DNA of 64,000 nucleotides from Candidatus Micrarchaeota archaeon (GCA_038046765.1 JBBSVN010000010.1:22172-86171), one strand, 5' to 3'. Numbered from the stretch's first letter, positions 39,234 to 49,187 are shown. Notes: generated from the sequence alone by a model not told the origin. Translations and numbers: made by a program.

Positions 39234-41042
39234 TTGGTTGACTTATTTAAACTTTATCCAATATATAGTATCATGAAATTTTCTTATGTTTGTTTATTTA
39301 CGCTACTTATTGTGTCATTATCTACTGCGATATCTTGCAATGGGATTGCATCTAATTTCGCCCCGTCAGTTGTAGCCGATAATCGAACTGCTATTGGCGA
39401 ATTATTCAATATGTCTGTTCGAGTATCACAAGGTACTGGGAATATTTATTTTACAATTGATCCTGAAGTTGGATTAACAACTCAGTTCTCTGCATTATCT
39501 GCAATAAGATACGCTTATTCGATATCCAATGTATCAAACCAAAGCTGTGATACTTTTGTAACATTAAGTCGTTCGGAAGGTGTTGAATCAGTAGATGGTC
39601 CAAGTGCAGGATTAAATCTGGCAGTGCTAACTTACGCTGCACTAAATAACGAGCCTGTACGAAGCGATACTGTATTAACTGGAGCAATAAGTAAATATGG
39701 TAATGCATTACCTGTTGGCGGACTTTTTGAAAAATCAAAAGCAGCTGCATTAAGCGGGGCAAAATATTTTGCAGCACCACTTGATAGTCTTACAACAAGA
39801 ATAATTCTGCTACCAATTGAAAAAAAATACAATATCCAAATCGTTAATATAAAAACTGCTAAAGAGGCCATAGACTTTTTAGTTAATGGAAAATTGCCGC
39901 AAGAGAGTTCGCTGTTCGATGCAACGGGGGTATCTCCTCCTGATATTAACGCTTCTACGGTAAGCGGTATAGAAAATTTCAAACAACTTGCCCTAAACAT
40001 GGTTTCACTCAATAATGATTCTATATCTAATTTTAAGTATTCTGACAAATATGCAAATGCAATAAAATCTGGATTTAATTTAACTATAAAAAAAGAAGAA
40101 CTTTTACTAAACAAAGGTTACTTCTTTACTGCTGCTAATGATGCATTTCTAAATTATATCGGCCTCGAAACCATAAATGGTTATTATTCTGGAGATTACG
40201 TAAACATCCGGGAAACAAAAAAAGAAATTAATAATTGTATCTCTTCCATTCCAGTTATTCCCAAGACCCTTAAGAACTACGAATTCGTAATCGGTTCAGA
40301 ATTAAGAAAAGGGTGGGCAGAAGAAAAAATACAAAGTACCGAACCAGGGATTCTAGAAGAAGAAAAATACTTCAATTATAATGATCTTATGTATGCTAAA
40401 GCCTGGTGTATTGTTTCATCTTCAATAATAGATGCCGTACCAGTTCAAAACTCACCTGAACAAATCTATGTTAATGAATCTTTATGGCAAGATTTATCAA
40501 AGAAAAGGCTGGATTACGTAGAAAAAATAAATTCCACAAATGGTGAATTTAAAAGAAGAAAAACGGTTGCAGAAAACCTTTACAATCAAGGTAAATACGG
40601 TGCATCTGTCTTTGAATCGCAATATCTTATTAATTACTACGCCTTAGATTATTTGTCTAATGATTCACTTACTAATACTAATGCAGTTAACACATCCACT
40701 CTATTCTCTTATTATACAACTTCACTGTGGGCAAAAGTATATGCGTCCCATGCAGAGTTTATCTATCAGACTAGTGATGATAAAAATGAAGCGATTAAAC
40801 TTTTATCCTATTCTAAATCCTTAAATGACCTAAATGAGGCACTATTAGATGCTCAAAAGATTAACAATTCCATAAATTCTACAGGTTCTAGTTTACAAAA
40901 TAATTTACAATCTCCTGAAGATAGTTTATACAAATATCTTATTTTCGGTGTCTTATTTATTTTAATAATCATCGTACTATTATACATCCAGTCCAGACCA
41001 AAAAAACAATCTGAAGCTCCAAGATACTACAAAAAGAAGTGA
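39234..41042 (+). CDS. Membrane-anchored archaeal S16 (Lon-like) serine protease
   Basis: VDGPSAG, LTGAI...PVGGLFEK Ser-Lys dyad; signal peptide and C-terminal TM; no ATPase domain. Confidence 0.85.
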   Translation: MVDLFKLYPIYSIMKFSYVCLFTLLIVSLSTAISCNGIASNFAPSVVADNRTAIGELFNMSVRVSQGTGNIYFTIDPEVGLTTQFSALSAIRYAYSISNVSNQSCDTFVTLSRSEGVESVDGPSAGLNLAVLTYAALNNEPVRSDTVLTGAISKYGNALPVGGLFEKSKAAALSGAKYFAAPLDSLTTRIILLPIEKKYNIQIVNIKTAKEAIDFLVNGKLPQESSLFDATGVSPPDINASTVSGIENFKQLALNMVSLNNDSISNFKYSDKYANAIKSGFNLTIKKEELLLNKGYFFTAANDAFLNYIGLETINGYYSGDYVNIRETKKEINNCISSIPVIPKTLKNYEFVIGSELRKGWAEEKIQSTEPGILEEEKYFNYNDLMYAKAWCIVSSSIIDAVPVQNSPEQIYVNESLWQDLSKKRLDYVEKINSTNGEFKRRKTVAENLYNQGKYGASVFESQYLINYYALDYLSNDSLTNTNAVNTSTLFSYYTTSLWAKVYASHAEFIYQTSDDKNEAIKLLSYSKSLNDLNEALLDAQKINNSINSTGSSLQNNLQSPEDSLYKYLIFGVLFILIIIVLLYIQSRPKKQSEAPRYYKKK

Positions 41043-41046
41043 AAAT

Positions 41047-41859
41047 ATGCAAACTTTAACTGATGGTGTGTACTTAGAAAATGCAGTCGAATTTGAATGT
41101 AAAAAGCTAGAGCTTGAAATAAAATATGCTATTTCCAAATCCTCTTCATCTGAAAAAGCGCAGTTCTTTGAATCAGAACTTCTAGAACTTAATCAAAAAA
41201 TTACTAAGAATTCAGAAAAATTTTCCAAACAATTAAAAGAAATCGCTCCTTTACCAAATTATAATCGAATCAAACAGCTTTCCGAATTTTTAAAAGCTAA
41301 TCATGACAAGTTACTTTTAAGTTTAAAGCAAAAAGCTGGTACAGAGTATGAATTTTTGACTGAGTTTTTAAATCTTCTTAAGAAAAATAGCGATAATAAA
41401 AAAGAAATAGCCAAACTTAACTTAATTTTTGCGAAGCTTGGTTCGGAAGATAAAAATCGGATATCCTCTATTTTGTCTTTAGGATCCATCGAATCAACGG
41501 TGGAATTTTTTGCCGAAGAGAAAACAAAACTGCTACTAAAAAAAATCTTTGCAAGACTCTTTGATACTAGTGCTGAAGCATTCATTATAATAAACGGGAA
41601 AAAATTCTGGTTCGATGCCCTATTAAAAGATAAATTTAATGATAACCTAAATCAGATAAAGATATTCTCAACTAAAATGCAAGTTTTATCAGCCCAAAAG
41701 CAAAGAGGCGAACTTGATGAAGAAAAAGATAAAGAATTCTCATCTTTACAAGAAAATTATCTTAAACTTTTAAAAGAACAAGATGAACTTTTAAAGGATT
41801 TTAATGAAGAGTATAACTTTGCCTCAACATCTGAAGTTAAAGTTGCTGCTGTAGCATAA
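41047..41859 (+). CDS. Hypothetical coiled-coil protein
   Basis: 270-aa K/E/L-rich ORF directly after the protease. Confidence 0.55.
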   Translation: MQTLTDGVYLENAVEFECKKLELEIKYAISKSSSSEKAQFFESELLELNQKITKNSEKFSKQLKEIAPLPNYNRIKQLSEFLKANHDKLLLSLKQKAGTEYEFLTEFLNLLKKNSDNKKEIAKLNLIFAKLGSEDKNRISSILSLGSIESTVEFFAEEKTKLLLKKIFARLFDTSAEAFIIINGKKFWFDALLKDKFNDNLNQIKIFSTKMQVLSAQKQRGELDEEKDKEFSSLQENYLKLLKEQDELLKDFNEEYNFASTSEVKVAAVA

Positions 41860-41878
41860 TTCATTTTGCTCCTAATTT

Positions 41879-43438
41879 TCATAAATTCTTCTTAACATAA
41901 GGCCCAGCCCTTTTATACCCTAGTTTAAAGTAGTATTCTCGAACTCCAGTTCCTGCAATTATTACCATCTTGGTTTTTCCAAATTCTTCTTTTGCAATTT
42001 TTTCTGCCATTTCTAATAATTCCCTTCCTAGTCCTTTATGCTGTGCTTTTTTGGTTTCCCTTTTTCCAACGTCTAATTCCTGGCCATAAATATGTAATTC
42101 ACGTATAAGTGCTGTTTTACTATCTATTTCTTTTCTATGACTTTTACCCGGTATTCTTAATCGCAAAAACCCTGCAATAATTGAGTCATCCTTGTTTTCA
42201 AACGAAAGAAATATTTCCTTACCTAAGCTAGCCTCATAATCCATTCTTTTAATCTCAAAATCTGCTGATTTAAAGTCCATTTTATTTAGGCCGATTTCTC
42301 GGTATCTGATTTCTTTTGGAACTATTCCCTTCTCGCGCATCTTGGATTCAACCATTTCTCTTAGGTTGCTCTTTTTCACTCCCTCGGCAATATTTGTTGC
42401 TGGAATGTCTCTTTGTATTCGCATTACTCTTACGTATTTTGGGATATATCTATAAAATTCTGAAATTATTTCTGCTGCCTGTTCGCTTGTATATGGCGTA
42501 TACTTTCCTTGGTGCATCATCGTATATAACTCTGTTTTTGGTATTACTAATGTCGGATAAATCTTTAGCATGTCTGGTTTAAAATCAGGATTTTCAAAAA
42601 CTTTCTTTACCATTTCTATGTCCTTTTCCCTGTTTGAACCAGGCTGGCCGGGCATTAGGTGATACACGATTTTGAAGCAGGCATCTTTAAGATTTTTTGT
42701 AGATTCAACAACATGTTTTGTCAAGTGTCCTCTTTTAGTTATCTTATAAATTTCATCATCTGGGTTTTGAACACCAAGTTCAATTCTTGTAGCACCAAAT
42801 TCAAGTATTTCGTCAATATGTTTTGTAGTACATACATCTGGTCTGGTTTCTATTGTTAAGCCTACTATCCTATGCTCGGCAGTTTCATTTATTTTTTTTG
42901 CATTTTTTATGTTTGTGCTTTTTTTGCAGTTACAAGCATCATAAATATTTTTTATAAAATAATTCTTGTATTCTTCGTCCATTGCTAAAAATGTTCCTCC
43001 CATTACTATTACTTCGCATTTATCTGTGCTGTGCCCACCAATATTAAACTGATTCAGTCTCATTTTAACCTGCTTGTACGGGTCAAATCCGTTATCTATC
43101 GAACGACGCGCCGCGGGTTCATCGCCCGTATAACTTTTAGCAGCCCTTCCGGTAAATGGGCAAAATATGCACTTATACAAGCATGATTTTTCCGGTTTAA
43201 TCATTACTGCAACTGGTGTTACACCAGAAAGCGTTCGCATTGGCTTTTTTAGAAGTTTAAAATTAGTAATTATTTTTCTTTCTTTTATTCTTTCTATGAT
43301 TTCGCTATTCTTTAATACTTGTTTTAATTTAAACTTCCTTGCAACCTCATTTTTTAAGACTTTAAGGTTTTTTCCTCCGTTTTGTAATTTGTCGATTATA
43401 TAATCTATCGCTTCTTCGTTATTCATATAAATACACAA
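41879..43438 (-). CDS. elp3: tRNA uridine(34) acetyltransferase Elp3
   Basis: RTLSGVTPVAVM, CxxxxCxxC, MGGTF, IETRPD, LKIYPTLV, QHKGLG, GVREYY. Confidence 0.96.
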   Translation of the reverse strand: MCIYMNNEEAIDYIIDKLQNGGKNLKVLKNEVARKFKLKQVLKNSEIIERIKERKIITNFKLLKKPMRTLSGVTPVAVMIKPEKSCLYKCIFCPFTGRAAKSYTGDEPAARRSIDNGFDPYKQVKMRLNQFNIGGHSTDKCEVIVMGGTFLAMDEEYKNYFIKNIYDACNCKKSTNIKNAKKINETAEHRIVGLTIETRPDVCTTKHIDEILEFGATRIELGVQNPDDEIYKITKRGHLTKHVVESTKNLKDACFKIVYHLMPGQPGSNREKDIEMVKKVFENPDFKPDMLKIYPTLVIPKTELYTMMHQGKYTPYTSEQAAEIISEFYRYIPKYVRVMRIQRDIPATNIAEGVKKSNLREMVESKMREKGIVPKEIRYREIGLNKMDFKSADFEIKRMDYEASLGKEIFLSFENKDDSIIAGFLRLRIPGKSHRKEIDSKTALIRELHIYGQELDVGKRETKKAQHKGLGRELLEMAEKIAKEEFGKTKMVIIAGTGVREYYFKLGYKRAGPYVKKNL

Positions 43439-43475
43439 ATTTTAAAATAAATTTTTAAAATATCTCATTAAAAAA

Positions 43476-44285
43476 TTAAAATAAATTCGAAAGCAGGCCT
43501 GCAAACGAGTAAACTATGTTTTCAAAGAATGGGAATATTAATACTCCGTTGTTGGTTGCTTTGTAATCTGCTAATATATCTGTCCTTACGTTTAATGTAA
43601 TGTTTGTATCCTTCTGGATAAGTGAGCTTGCCTTTGATTTAACCTTTAATGTGACCTTATAACTCTCTTCTTCTCTATTAGTTATTTCGTAAAATACTGT
43701 CTTTGTGCTTTGTGCTGCAACGTAAACTGGTTTTTTGTACTCCCATCTTTTTATTCCTTCACTTGATACTTCAAATACATCTGCTGCTGAACCTTTATTT
43801 GTTATTGTTATTACATACCTGGCTGGCTGGTCTGGCCCAACCGTTATCTCTGTGGGTGTTATAGACGTTTCTAAAACATCCTTCGTTATTTGTACTCTGA
43901 CTTTAAAACTGACATTATTTAATTGCTCCCCGTAATTTTGATCAATGGTCGTTATTTCTGCACTATATACTCCTTCTTTTGCATTTTCATCAGCAGTTAT
44001 TTCTACTTGCAAGGGATTACCATATATTTTACTATTTTTTGCTTTCCAGTTTGGGGGTAACGCGGTTACGACGGCCTGGTCATATTGGCCTCCTTTGTCA
44101 AATTTTCCCCCTGTTATAACTTTTGGTTCGATGCTTACAAATATCGTTTGACCCGGCCCAATTTTACCTAAGTCTATTGTTTCTGCGCCTTTTAATTGTG
44201 CCTTTATCGGCTGAATTAGTTCTATTGCAAAACTTACTGAAAATAATAAAACGAAGATTGCCAGAAATGTTGTATATTTATTCAT
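43476..44285 (-). CDS. Secreted Ig-like (NEW3-like) surface protein
   Basis: Signal peptide SFA; LPPNW, ITADENAKEGVY, ITITNKGSAADVF. Confidence 0.6.
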   Translation of the reverse strand: MNKYTTFLAIFVLLFSVSFAIELIQPIKAQLKGAETIDLGKIGPGQTIFVSIEPKVITGGKFDKGGQYDQAVVTALPPNWKAKNSKIYGNPLQVEITADENAKEGVYSAEITTIDQNYGEQLNNVSFKVRVQITKDVLETSITPTEITVGPDQPARYVITITNKGSAADVFEVSSEGIKRWEYKKPVYVAAQSTKTVFYEITNREEESYKVTLKVKSKASSLIQKDTNITLNVRTDILADYKATNNGVLIFPFFENIVYSFAGLLSNLF

Positions 44286-44340
44286 GTCTTATTATCGCTA
44301 ATAAATATTAAAAAGCCGCTCTTTGTTAGTTCTTTGTTAA

Positions 44341-45318
44341 TTATTGCCTTAATGGATTAAGCATCCGTTCTTCTATTACGCAAATGAATGTACTTTTTCC
44401 TATAATCCCTGCAAACTTAGTCTTAATTTCGCTCATAAAATTATGTAGTTCGACATTGTCCCTTACAATTATGTCTAGTTCAATATCGTGGCTTCCGATC
44501 GTCTTGTTTAGAAAAATCAGGTCATCATTTTCTATACAAAATTGCAGAAATTGTTTTTCTTTTTCTGGTGTAATACTTCTAAAGTTAATTAATAATTTGT
44601 AATAATTAAATCCTAATTTTCTGGCATCAAACCATGCAGTGTAGCCTAAGATGTACTCCTTCTCTATAAGTTTTTTTATTCGGTATTGTACTGCATCTGG
44701 AGTTAATTCTACTTTACTAGCTAGTTCAACTGTCGTAGTTCGCGCGTTCTGATAGAGTAAAGACAATATTTTCATATCTGTCTTGTCTGGTTTTTCTACA
44801 TTCACAATTTTCTCTAGTGGGAGCTCGGGGTGGCGTTCGCTTTCTAATGCCTTATTCCATGATAAATATGTTTGATAGATGGTTGTTGCTATTGTTTTCT
44901 CTACTATTTTTTCACCAAATCTTGCAGTCATTATTGCTGCTGCCTTTTCTACTTCGATTTCGTCTTGCGCTACTATTCGCCAAAGAACATCATATTCGCC
45001 TTCGCAAATCGTTCCCCATAAAGTTCTAGGATATTCCTCAAAAAGCGTGAGTACATTTTCCTCGGTTTTTTTATCCATGCCGTGGAATTTGAAATAAAGG
45101 CGATACCCTTTAAGCCCTAATTTAGCGAGGTTTACATCTGCAAAAAGTAGTGAAATTAGGCCTGATTCTTTAAGTTGGGTTAATCTTCGCTCTACTGCAC
45201 TGCTAGATAATTTTAGTTTCTCACCAAGCTTTGTGAAGCTTTCGCGTGAATTAAGATAAAGTAACGTTAGAAGTTGTTTGTCTTTTTTGTCTAGTTTAGT
45301 TGTGTTACTAGTCATCAC
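44341..45318 (-). CDS. Tandem Lrp/AsnC-family transcriptional regulator
   Basis: Two HTH units (LDKKDKQLL..NSR; DKTDMKIL..NAR..V.YRIKKL). Confidence 0.9.
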   Translation of the reverse strand: MMTSNTTKLDKKDKQLLTLLYLNSRESFTKLGEKLKLSSSAVERRLTQLKESGLISLLFADVNLAKLGLKGYRLYFKFHGMDKKTEENVLTLFEEYPRTLWGTICEGEYDVLWRIVAQDEIEVEKAAAIMTARFGEKIVEKTIATTIYQTYLSWNKALESERHPELPLEKIVNVEKPDKTDMKILSLLYQNARTTTVELASKVELTPDAVQYRIKKLIEKEYILGYTAWFDARKLGFNYYKLLINFRSITPEKEKQFLQFCIENDDLIFLNKTIGSHDIELDIIVRDNVELHNFMSEIKTKFAGIIGKSTFICVIEERMLNPLRQ

Positions 45319-45793
45319 TTAATATCGCCTCCTCTTCCCCTTTTGAAAATACATAGTAGTCCTTATTTTTCAAGTCCGTCAAGATAATTTTTAATTCTAT
45401 ATTAGAAACTATCTCTGTTTTTTTGCACATTAAAAGAAAACTTGCTAAACTTATGGCTACAAGTCCCTCTTTTTCTGCTTTTTCTAGTGCCTTTTTATCA
45501 TCAATAAGTAAAATTCCATTTTTTTCTTTGGCAAGTTTAATACAAGCCATTTCTCCTTTACCGAATGTTTGGTTACTGCTAATTTCCATTGGAATAACTA
45601 GAATTTTAGATATATTCTCCTTGTCATAGCTAAAAAGATAAGCTACACTCATAAAAAAAGGACTCTTTTGAATTTCTTCTAATACCTGAATAGGGGCTAA
45701 AATTTGTTCAATTTCAAAAAGTCTGAAAATAAGTTCAATTCTATTTATTTTAAGCATGCTACTGATAAAACCCGTGTCAACAACTACTATCAT
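45308..45793 (-). CDS. PIN-domain toxin (DUF3368-like)
   Basis: VVVDT, V.EEI, GKGEMACI.LA, LLIDDKKA. Confidence 0.82.
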   Translation of the reverse strand: MIVVVDTGFISSMLKINRIELIFRLFEIEQILAPIQVLEEIQKSPFFMSVAYLFSYDKENISKILVIPMEISSNQTFGKGEMACIKLAKEKNGILLIDDKKALEKAEKEGLVAISLASFLLMCKKTEIVSNIELKIILTDLKNKDYYVFSKGEEEAILSDD

Positions 45794-46123
45794 TTATTTC
45801 GCCTTTTTTATCGCCTTTAAAGCCAGATTTGCTCGTTTTTTTACTTCTTCTGTAGTTTCATGTTTCCACAATTTTCTTTCCACAAGAATTTTTTTCATTT
45901 CATCATAAGACACGTCAGTTATTTCTGCAGCCCTACCGGTTGAAATCTTATTTTCTTTATACAGTTCCAAAGCTATTGCTGTTCTTACATCTCTTCTTAC
46001 TGCTAGATATGCCCTTATTGCATCTCTTAAGAATTCGCTAGTGCTTGAATAAAGACCTGTTTTTGGTATTGCCTCAATTTCTTCTTTCATTAACGGAGGT
46101 AAAGTAAAACTTTCAACTGCCAT
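45794..46123 (-). CDS. RHH/UPF0175-family antitoxin
   Basis: GLYSSTSEFLRDAIR; ALELYKENKISTGRAAEI. Confidence 0.82.
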   Translation of the reverse strand: MAVESFTLPPLMKEEIEAIPKTGLYSSTSEFLRDAIRAYLAVRRDVRTAIALELYKENKISTGRAAEITDVSYDEMKKILVERKLWKHETTEEVKKRANLALKAIKKAK

Positions 46124-46238
46124 AATATCACCTAGATATTACTTAGATAATATATTTAATAAAACTTTCGCTAAACTCTGTTTTATCTTATAAAATTTAT
46201 TTATCCTAAAATATTTATATATTTTTCGGTTTATTTGC

Positions 46239-46263
46239 GTTTTTTAATGAAAGATAATAAATA
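46239..46263 (+). promoter_or_regulatory. BRE/TATA-like promoter, identical 25-nt copy at 49163-49187
   Basis: GTTTTTTAATGAAAGATAATAAATA upstream of 46284. Confidence 0.65.
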
Positions 46264-46283
46264 TATTGAATGTTTAGTTATAA

Positions 46284-47147
46284 TTGGTGATAATGATGGT
46301 AAACGAAACTGAAATTAGAAGTTTGATTGAAGATTTAGGTACAGTTCCTTATGAAATGAGAGAACCAATTGAACAAAAAATTCTAGAAATGGGTGCACCA
46401 GTTGTTTCATTACTACTTGATTATATAAAAAGAAATTATGCTCATCCAGAAAAATCATCAGCAAGTCATGCTAAAATCTTAGGTGAGTTCAGAAAAAAAG
46501 GCATTGTTCAAGCTACTAGTGCTTTGCTTGAACTATTAGATATTTTGCCATTTGAAAAATCAGTTCATGTTCGTCATGTTCTTGACTATTTAGAAACTTG
46601 GGCGATGCGTTGTGAAGAATTAACTCAAGAGAAGCTTTTACCCATCTTAAAGCGAGCATCAGATCGTCTACATAAAGATGTTGATCCAATTATGTATGCA
46701 CATGACGATGCGGGTAAAACAATATTCCATATTACATTTTCCTTAGGTCTGCGTGGGAATATTGATGTTTTACCTATTTATATGGAAGCCTGGGGACAAC
46801 ACCTTTTTGCATCTTGTAATTCTAGTCTTCAGGAAAGATGTGTAAATGTTTTAGGTTCCATCATCAAGAGAAGTTCGCCAGAAGAGGTTATGAAATACAA
46901 AGATCAAATCGAAAAATTTATTCAAAGGTTAGAAATTCTTGTACTTGAAGATAGTGTATTACCATCTGATACAATTTTTTTATCTGAATTTGAAAGGACT
47001 AAGCAGGTGGTAAAAGAAAAATTTCAATCCTCATCAGTCAATCCTCTAGCAAAAGATGGCGAAACACTAGATGCAAAACATTTAACTGCTAGACCCGTTG
47101 CAGGAGGTGGGCAAGCTCCTCACGTTGCAAGGAGGATGTTTAGATAA
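46284..47147 (+). CDS. HEAT-like repeat orphan with basic disordered C-tail
   Basis: IRSLIEDL...ILEMGAPVVSLLL...AKILGE; ends ARPVAGGGQAPHVARRMFR. Confidence 0.55.
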   Translation: MVIMMVNETEIRSLIEDLGTVPYEMREPIEQKILEMGAPVVSLLLDYIKRNYAHPEKSSASHAKILGEFRKKGIVQATSALLELLDILPFEKSVHVRHVLDYLETWAMRCEELTQEKLLPILKRASDRLHKDVDPIMYAHDDAGKTIFHITFSLGLRGNIDVLPIYMEAWGQHLFASCNSSLQERCVNVLGSIIKRSSPEEVMKYKDQIEKFIQRLEILVLEDSVLPSDTIFLSEFERTKQVVKEKFQSSSVNPLAKDGETLDAKHLTARPVAGGGQAPHVARRMFR

Positions 47148-47201
47148 TTTTCCTATTTGTTTCCTTTCTTTTTTAGTTCAAAATTAAAAATTATTTAACT
47201 G

Positions 47202-47828
47202 GTGATAATCATGTCAAAACTTAAACAAAAAATTGCATCCTCGCTTCTATGTACTGCAATTATTGTTGCACCTAAGTTCAGCGAAGCAGAAATCTTAAAA
47301 GAAGCTAAAATTGGTGCTGTTGTTGGTACTAATACTAATGGCAGATCTGTTTTTACAGGAGTAAATTCACAAGTAAATCTGAATATTGGACCTAACACTA
47401 GTTTTACTGTTGAAGGCGGTCCTAGTATCGATAATTTACAAAATGCTGATTTTCAAAAAGGGAAAATTGCAATTTCTCATCGCGAGTTTGGCTTCAGAGT
47501 TAAACGCGATTTAAGTTTTGGAAACAAAGGCTCGTTTGGTGCTTTTTTTGATTCTCATTTTTTAACTTTCGGCATCGATAAGGGTCTTTTCAATGGAGGC
47601 GCAGTATTCACATTAAATAAAGGGTTTAATTTTAAGAGTTTATCCATACTTCCTGAATTTTTTGTTACTGCTGGGTTTAATTCAAATGAAATTGGTTCAG
47701 ACTTAAGTTTATCTGTTCCTATATCTAAACATTTTTCATTAGATGGTTTAGTTATTTTCTCATTAATTCGAGAAAGTGGTACCATCGGTACAGTTAATGC
47801 ATCAGTTTCTTTTAATTATATTTTCTAA
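47202..47828 (+). CDS. Signal-peptide protein with amphipathic beta-strands and terminal Y-x-F (beta-barrel-like)
   Basis: Signal ending SEA; alternating strands; C-terminus VNASVSFNYIF. Confidence 0.5.
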   Translation: MIIMSKLKQKIASSLLCTAIIVAPKFSEAEILKEAKIGAVVGTNTNGRSVFTGVNSQVNLNIGPNTSFTVEGGPSIDNLQNADFQKGKIAISHREFGFRVKRDLSFGNKGSFGAFFDSHFLTFGIDKGLFNGGAVFTLNKGFNFKSLSILPEFFVTAGFNSNEIGSDLSLSVPISKHFSLDGLVIFSLIRESGTIGTVNASVSFNYIF

Positions 47829-47889
47829 TATTTTTCTTTTCTTTTTCCTTCAATAATCTACATTTTAATTAGAAGCTTCATTTGTTTTT

Positions 47890-48411
47890 TTATTCTTTAT
47901 GAAATTTCTTTTTGTCCTTGTTAATTTGGGCTTTTGAAGCAAACTTTCCATAAGGTGTTTCCTTCACCTTGCTTTTATCAATTAGTTTATCCTTATGTAA
48001 AATTATTGTATTTCCATAATATCCAAGCAATTTGGCTATTTTCTTTGCCCTAAAAGTTTTTTTGTTTAAATTTCTTTCAATCCTTTTTTTCAAGTCTATT
48101 CTCTTACTGATTATTCCATTTACAATATGCACTGTCTGTGATGGCCTAGGGTTAATTCCAAAAAAATTTTCTGCAGTAGCACAACTATAATAAAATTCTT
48201 TAGTTTTAAGGAACATTCGAACAGTTTTGGACAATATTGCTAATGGTTTTTCAATAAACCAAGCATCTCTTTCTTCTTTACTTGGTATATAATATATTCC
48301 TTTAAATGGTGTTGGAAATATATCTAAACTCGCGCTCATATTCTTTATTTCTTTTGAAGTTAAACCTTCTTCTAGTAATTGTTTGTAACTTATAATTTGT
48401 TTAGGCAACAT
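47890..48411 (-). CDS. AbiEi-like putative antitoxin
   Basis: FKGIYYIP...YYSCATA..FFG..P..VHIVN; overlaps AbiEii stop; very basic. Confidence 0.55.
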   Translation of the reverse strand: MLPKQIISYKQLLEEGLTSKEIKNMSASLDIFPTPFKGIYYIPSKEERDAWFIEKPLAILSKTVRMFLKTKEFYYSCATAENFFGINPRPSQTVHIVNGIISKRIDLKKRIERNLNKKTFRAKKIAKLLGYYGNTIILHKDKLIDKSKVKETPYGKFASKAQINKDKKKFHKE

Positions 48412-48994
48412 GATTAATTACCTCTATAAATTCTATGTATTGTTTTTCTTCTAACATTAAATCCTTTAACTCCTCTAAATTCAGTGGGGCACCACACATC
48501 TTTATAATTTTTTTAATTTCTCCTAGGTCTTTTTTCAAGTAATTTAAAATCATAAAAATATCATACAAATCTCTTGCTTCTTTTCTTGAGGCATAACTGA
48601 TATTTTTTAGTTCTAACAAGTCTTCTAAAGAGGCTACCTTGATGTTGTTGTTTCCGATTGCTTTATCTTCGACTCTTTTAATTTCTGTTTCAGGACTAAA
48701 AATTTCTATTTTTATGCTAGTGTCTTCAAATTGAATTACAAATTGATTTCTATACGCGCTTCTAAGGGTCTGATATCCTTTTTTGCTTAGCTTTCCTTTA
48801 AGTTCATTTTTTAGTTTTATTTCATCTTCTTTTGTAGTTGGAACAAAGTCTAAATCTATACTTATCCTGTGTTTTAGATAAAAAAGAGCTAAAGCTGTTC
48901 CACCTACAAGTATTAGCTTGTCATCTGTGCATTCAGCTACATCCTCTATTATTTCGAGTATTTTTTTGTACTTTAAATAAAGCCTTTCATCCAT
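48401..48994 (-). CDS. AbiEii/AbiGii nucleotidyltransferase toxin
   Basis: LVGGTALALFYLKHRISIDLDF, ASLEDL..LK, R..ARDLYDI. Confidence 0.88.
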   Translation of the reverse strand: MDERLYLKYKKILEIIEDVAECTDDKLILVGGTALALFYLKHRISIDLDFVPTTKEDEIKLKNELKGKLSKKGYQTLRSAYRNQFVIQFEDTSIKIEIFSPETEIKRVEDKAIGNNNIKVASLEDLLELKNISYASRKEARDLYDIFMILNYLKKDLGEIKKIIKMCGAPLNLEELKDLMLEEKQYIEFIEVINHVA

Positions 48995-49032
48995 ATTTGT
49001 ATTTCTATCCGAACATTTATATACGTTTGCAC

Positions 49033-49055
49033 TAGGTTAAACTTTCTTTAACCTA
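49033..49055. promoter_or_regulatory. 9-bp inverted repeat next to the abiE promoter
   Basis: TAGGTTAAA-CTTTC-TTTAACCTA just upstream of a minus-strand TATATAAA box. Confidence 0.55.
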
Positions 49056-49162
49056 ATAATATTATAATCGTTTGACTAATTTTCTTTCGATGTTGTCTTT
49101 TCCTAGTTAATATTTTTTTCCAATTATCCAAATAAATAGCTATTTTCTTTCGGTTTTCTTCT

Positions 49163-49187
49163 GTTTTTTAATGAAAGATAATAAATA
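49163..49187 (+). promoter_or_regulatory. Second copy of 25-nt promoter element
   Basis: Identical to 46239-46263. Confidence 0.65.

Noticed and set aside
39451-40114. Antisense and alternate-frame ORFs here and elsewhere (e.g. 13509..13904, 51149..51559, 55302..55697, 59838..60272)
   Set aside because: They overlap well-supported genes and lack recognisable motifs; shadow ORFs
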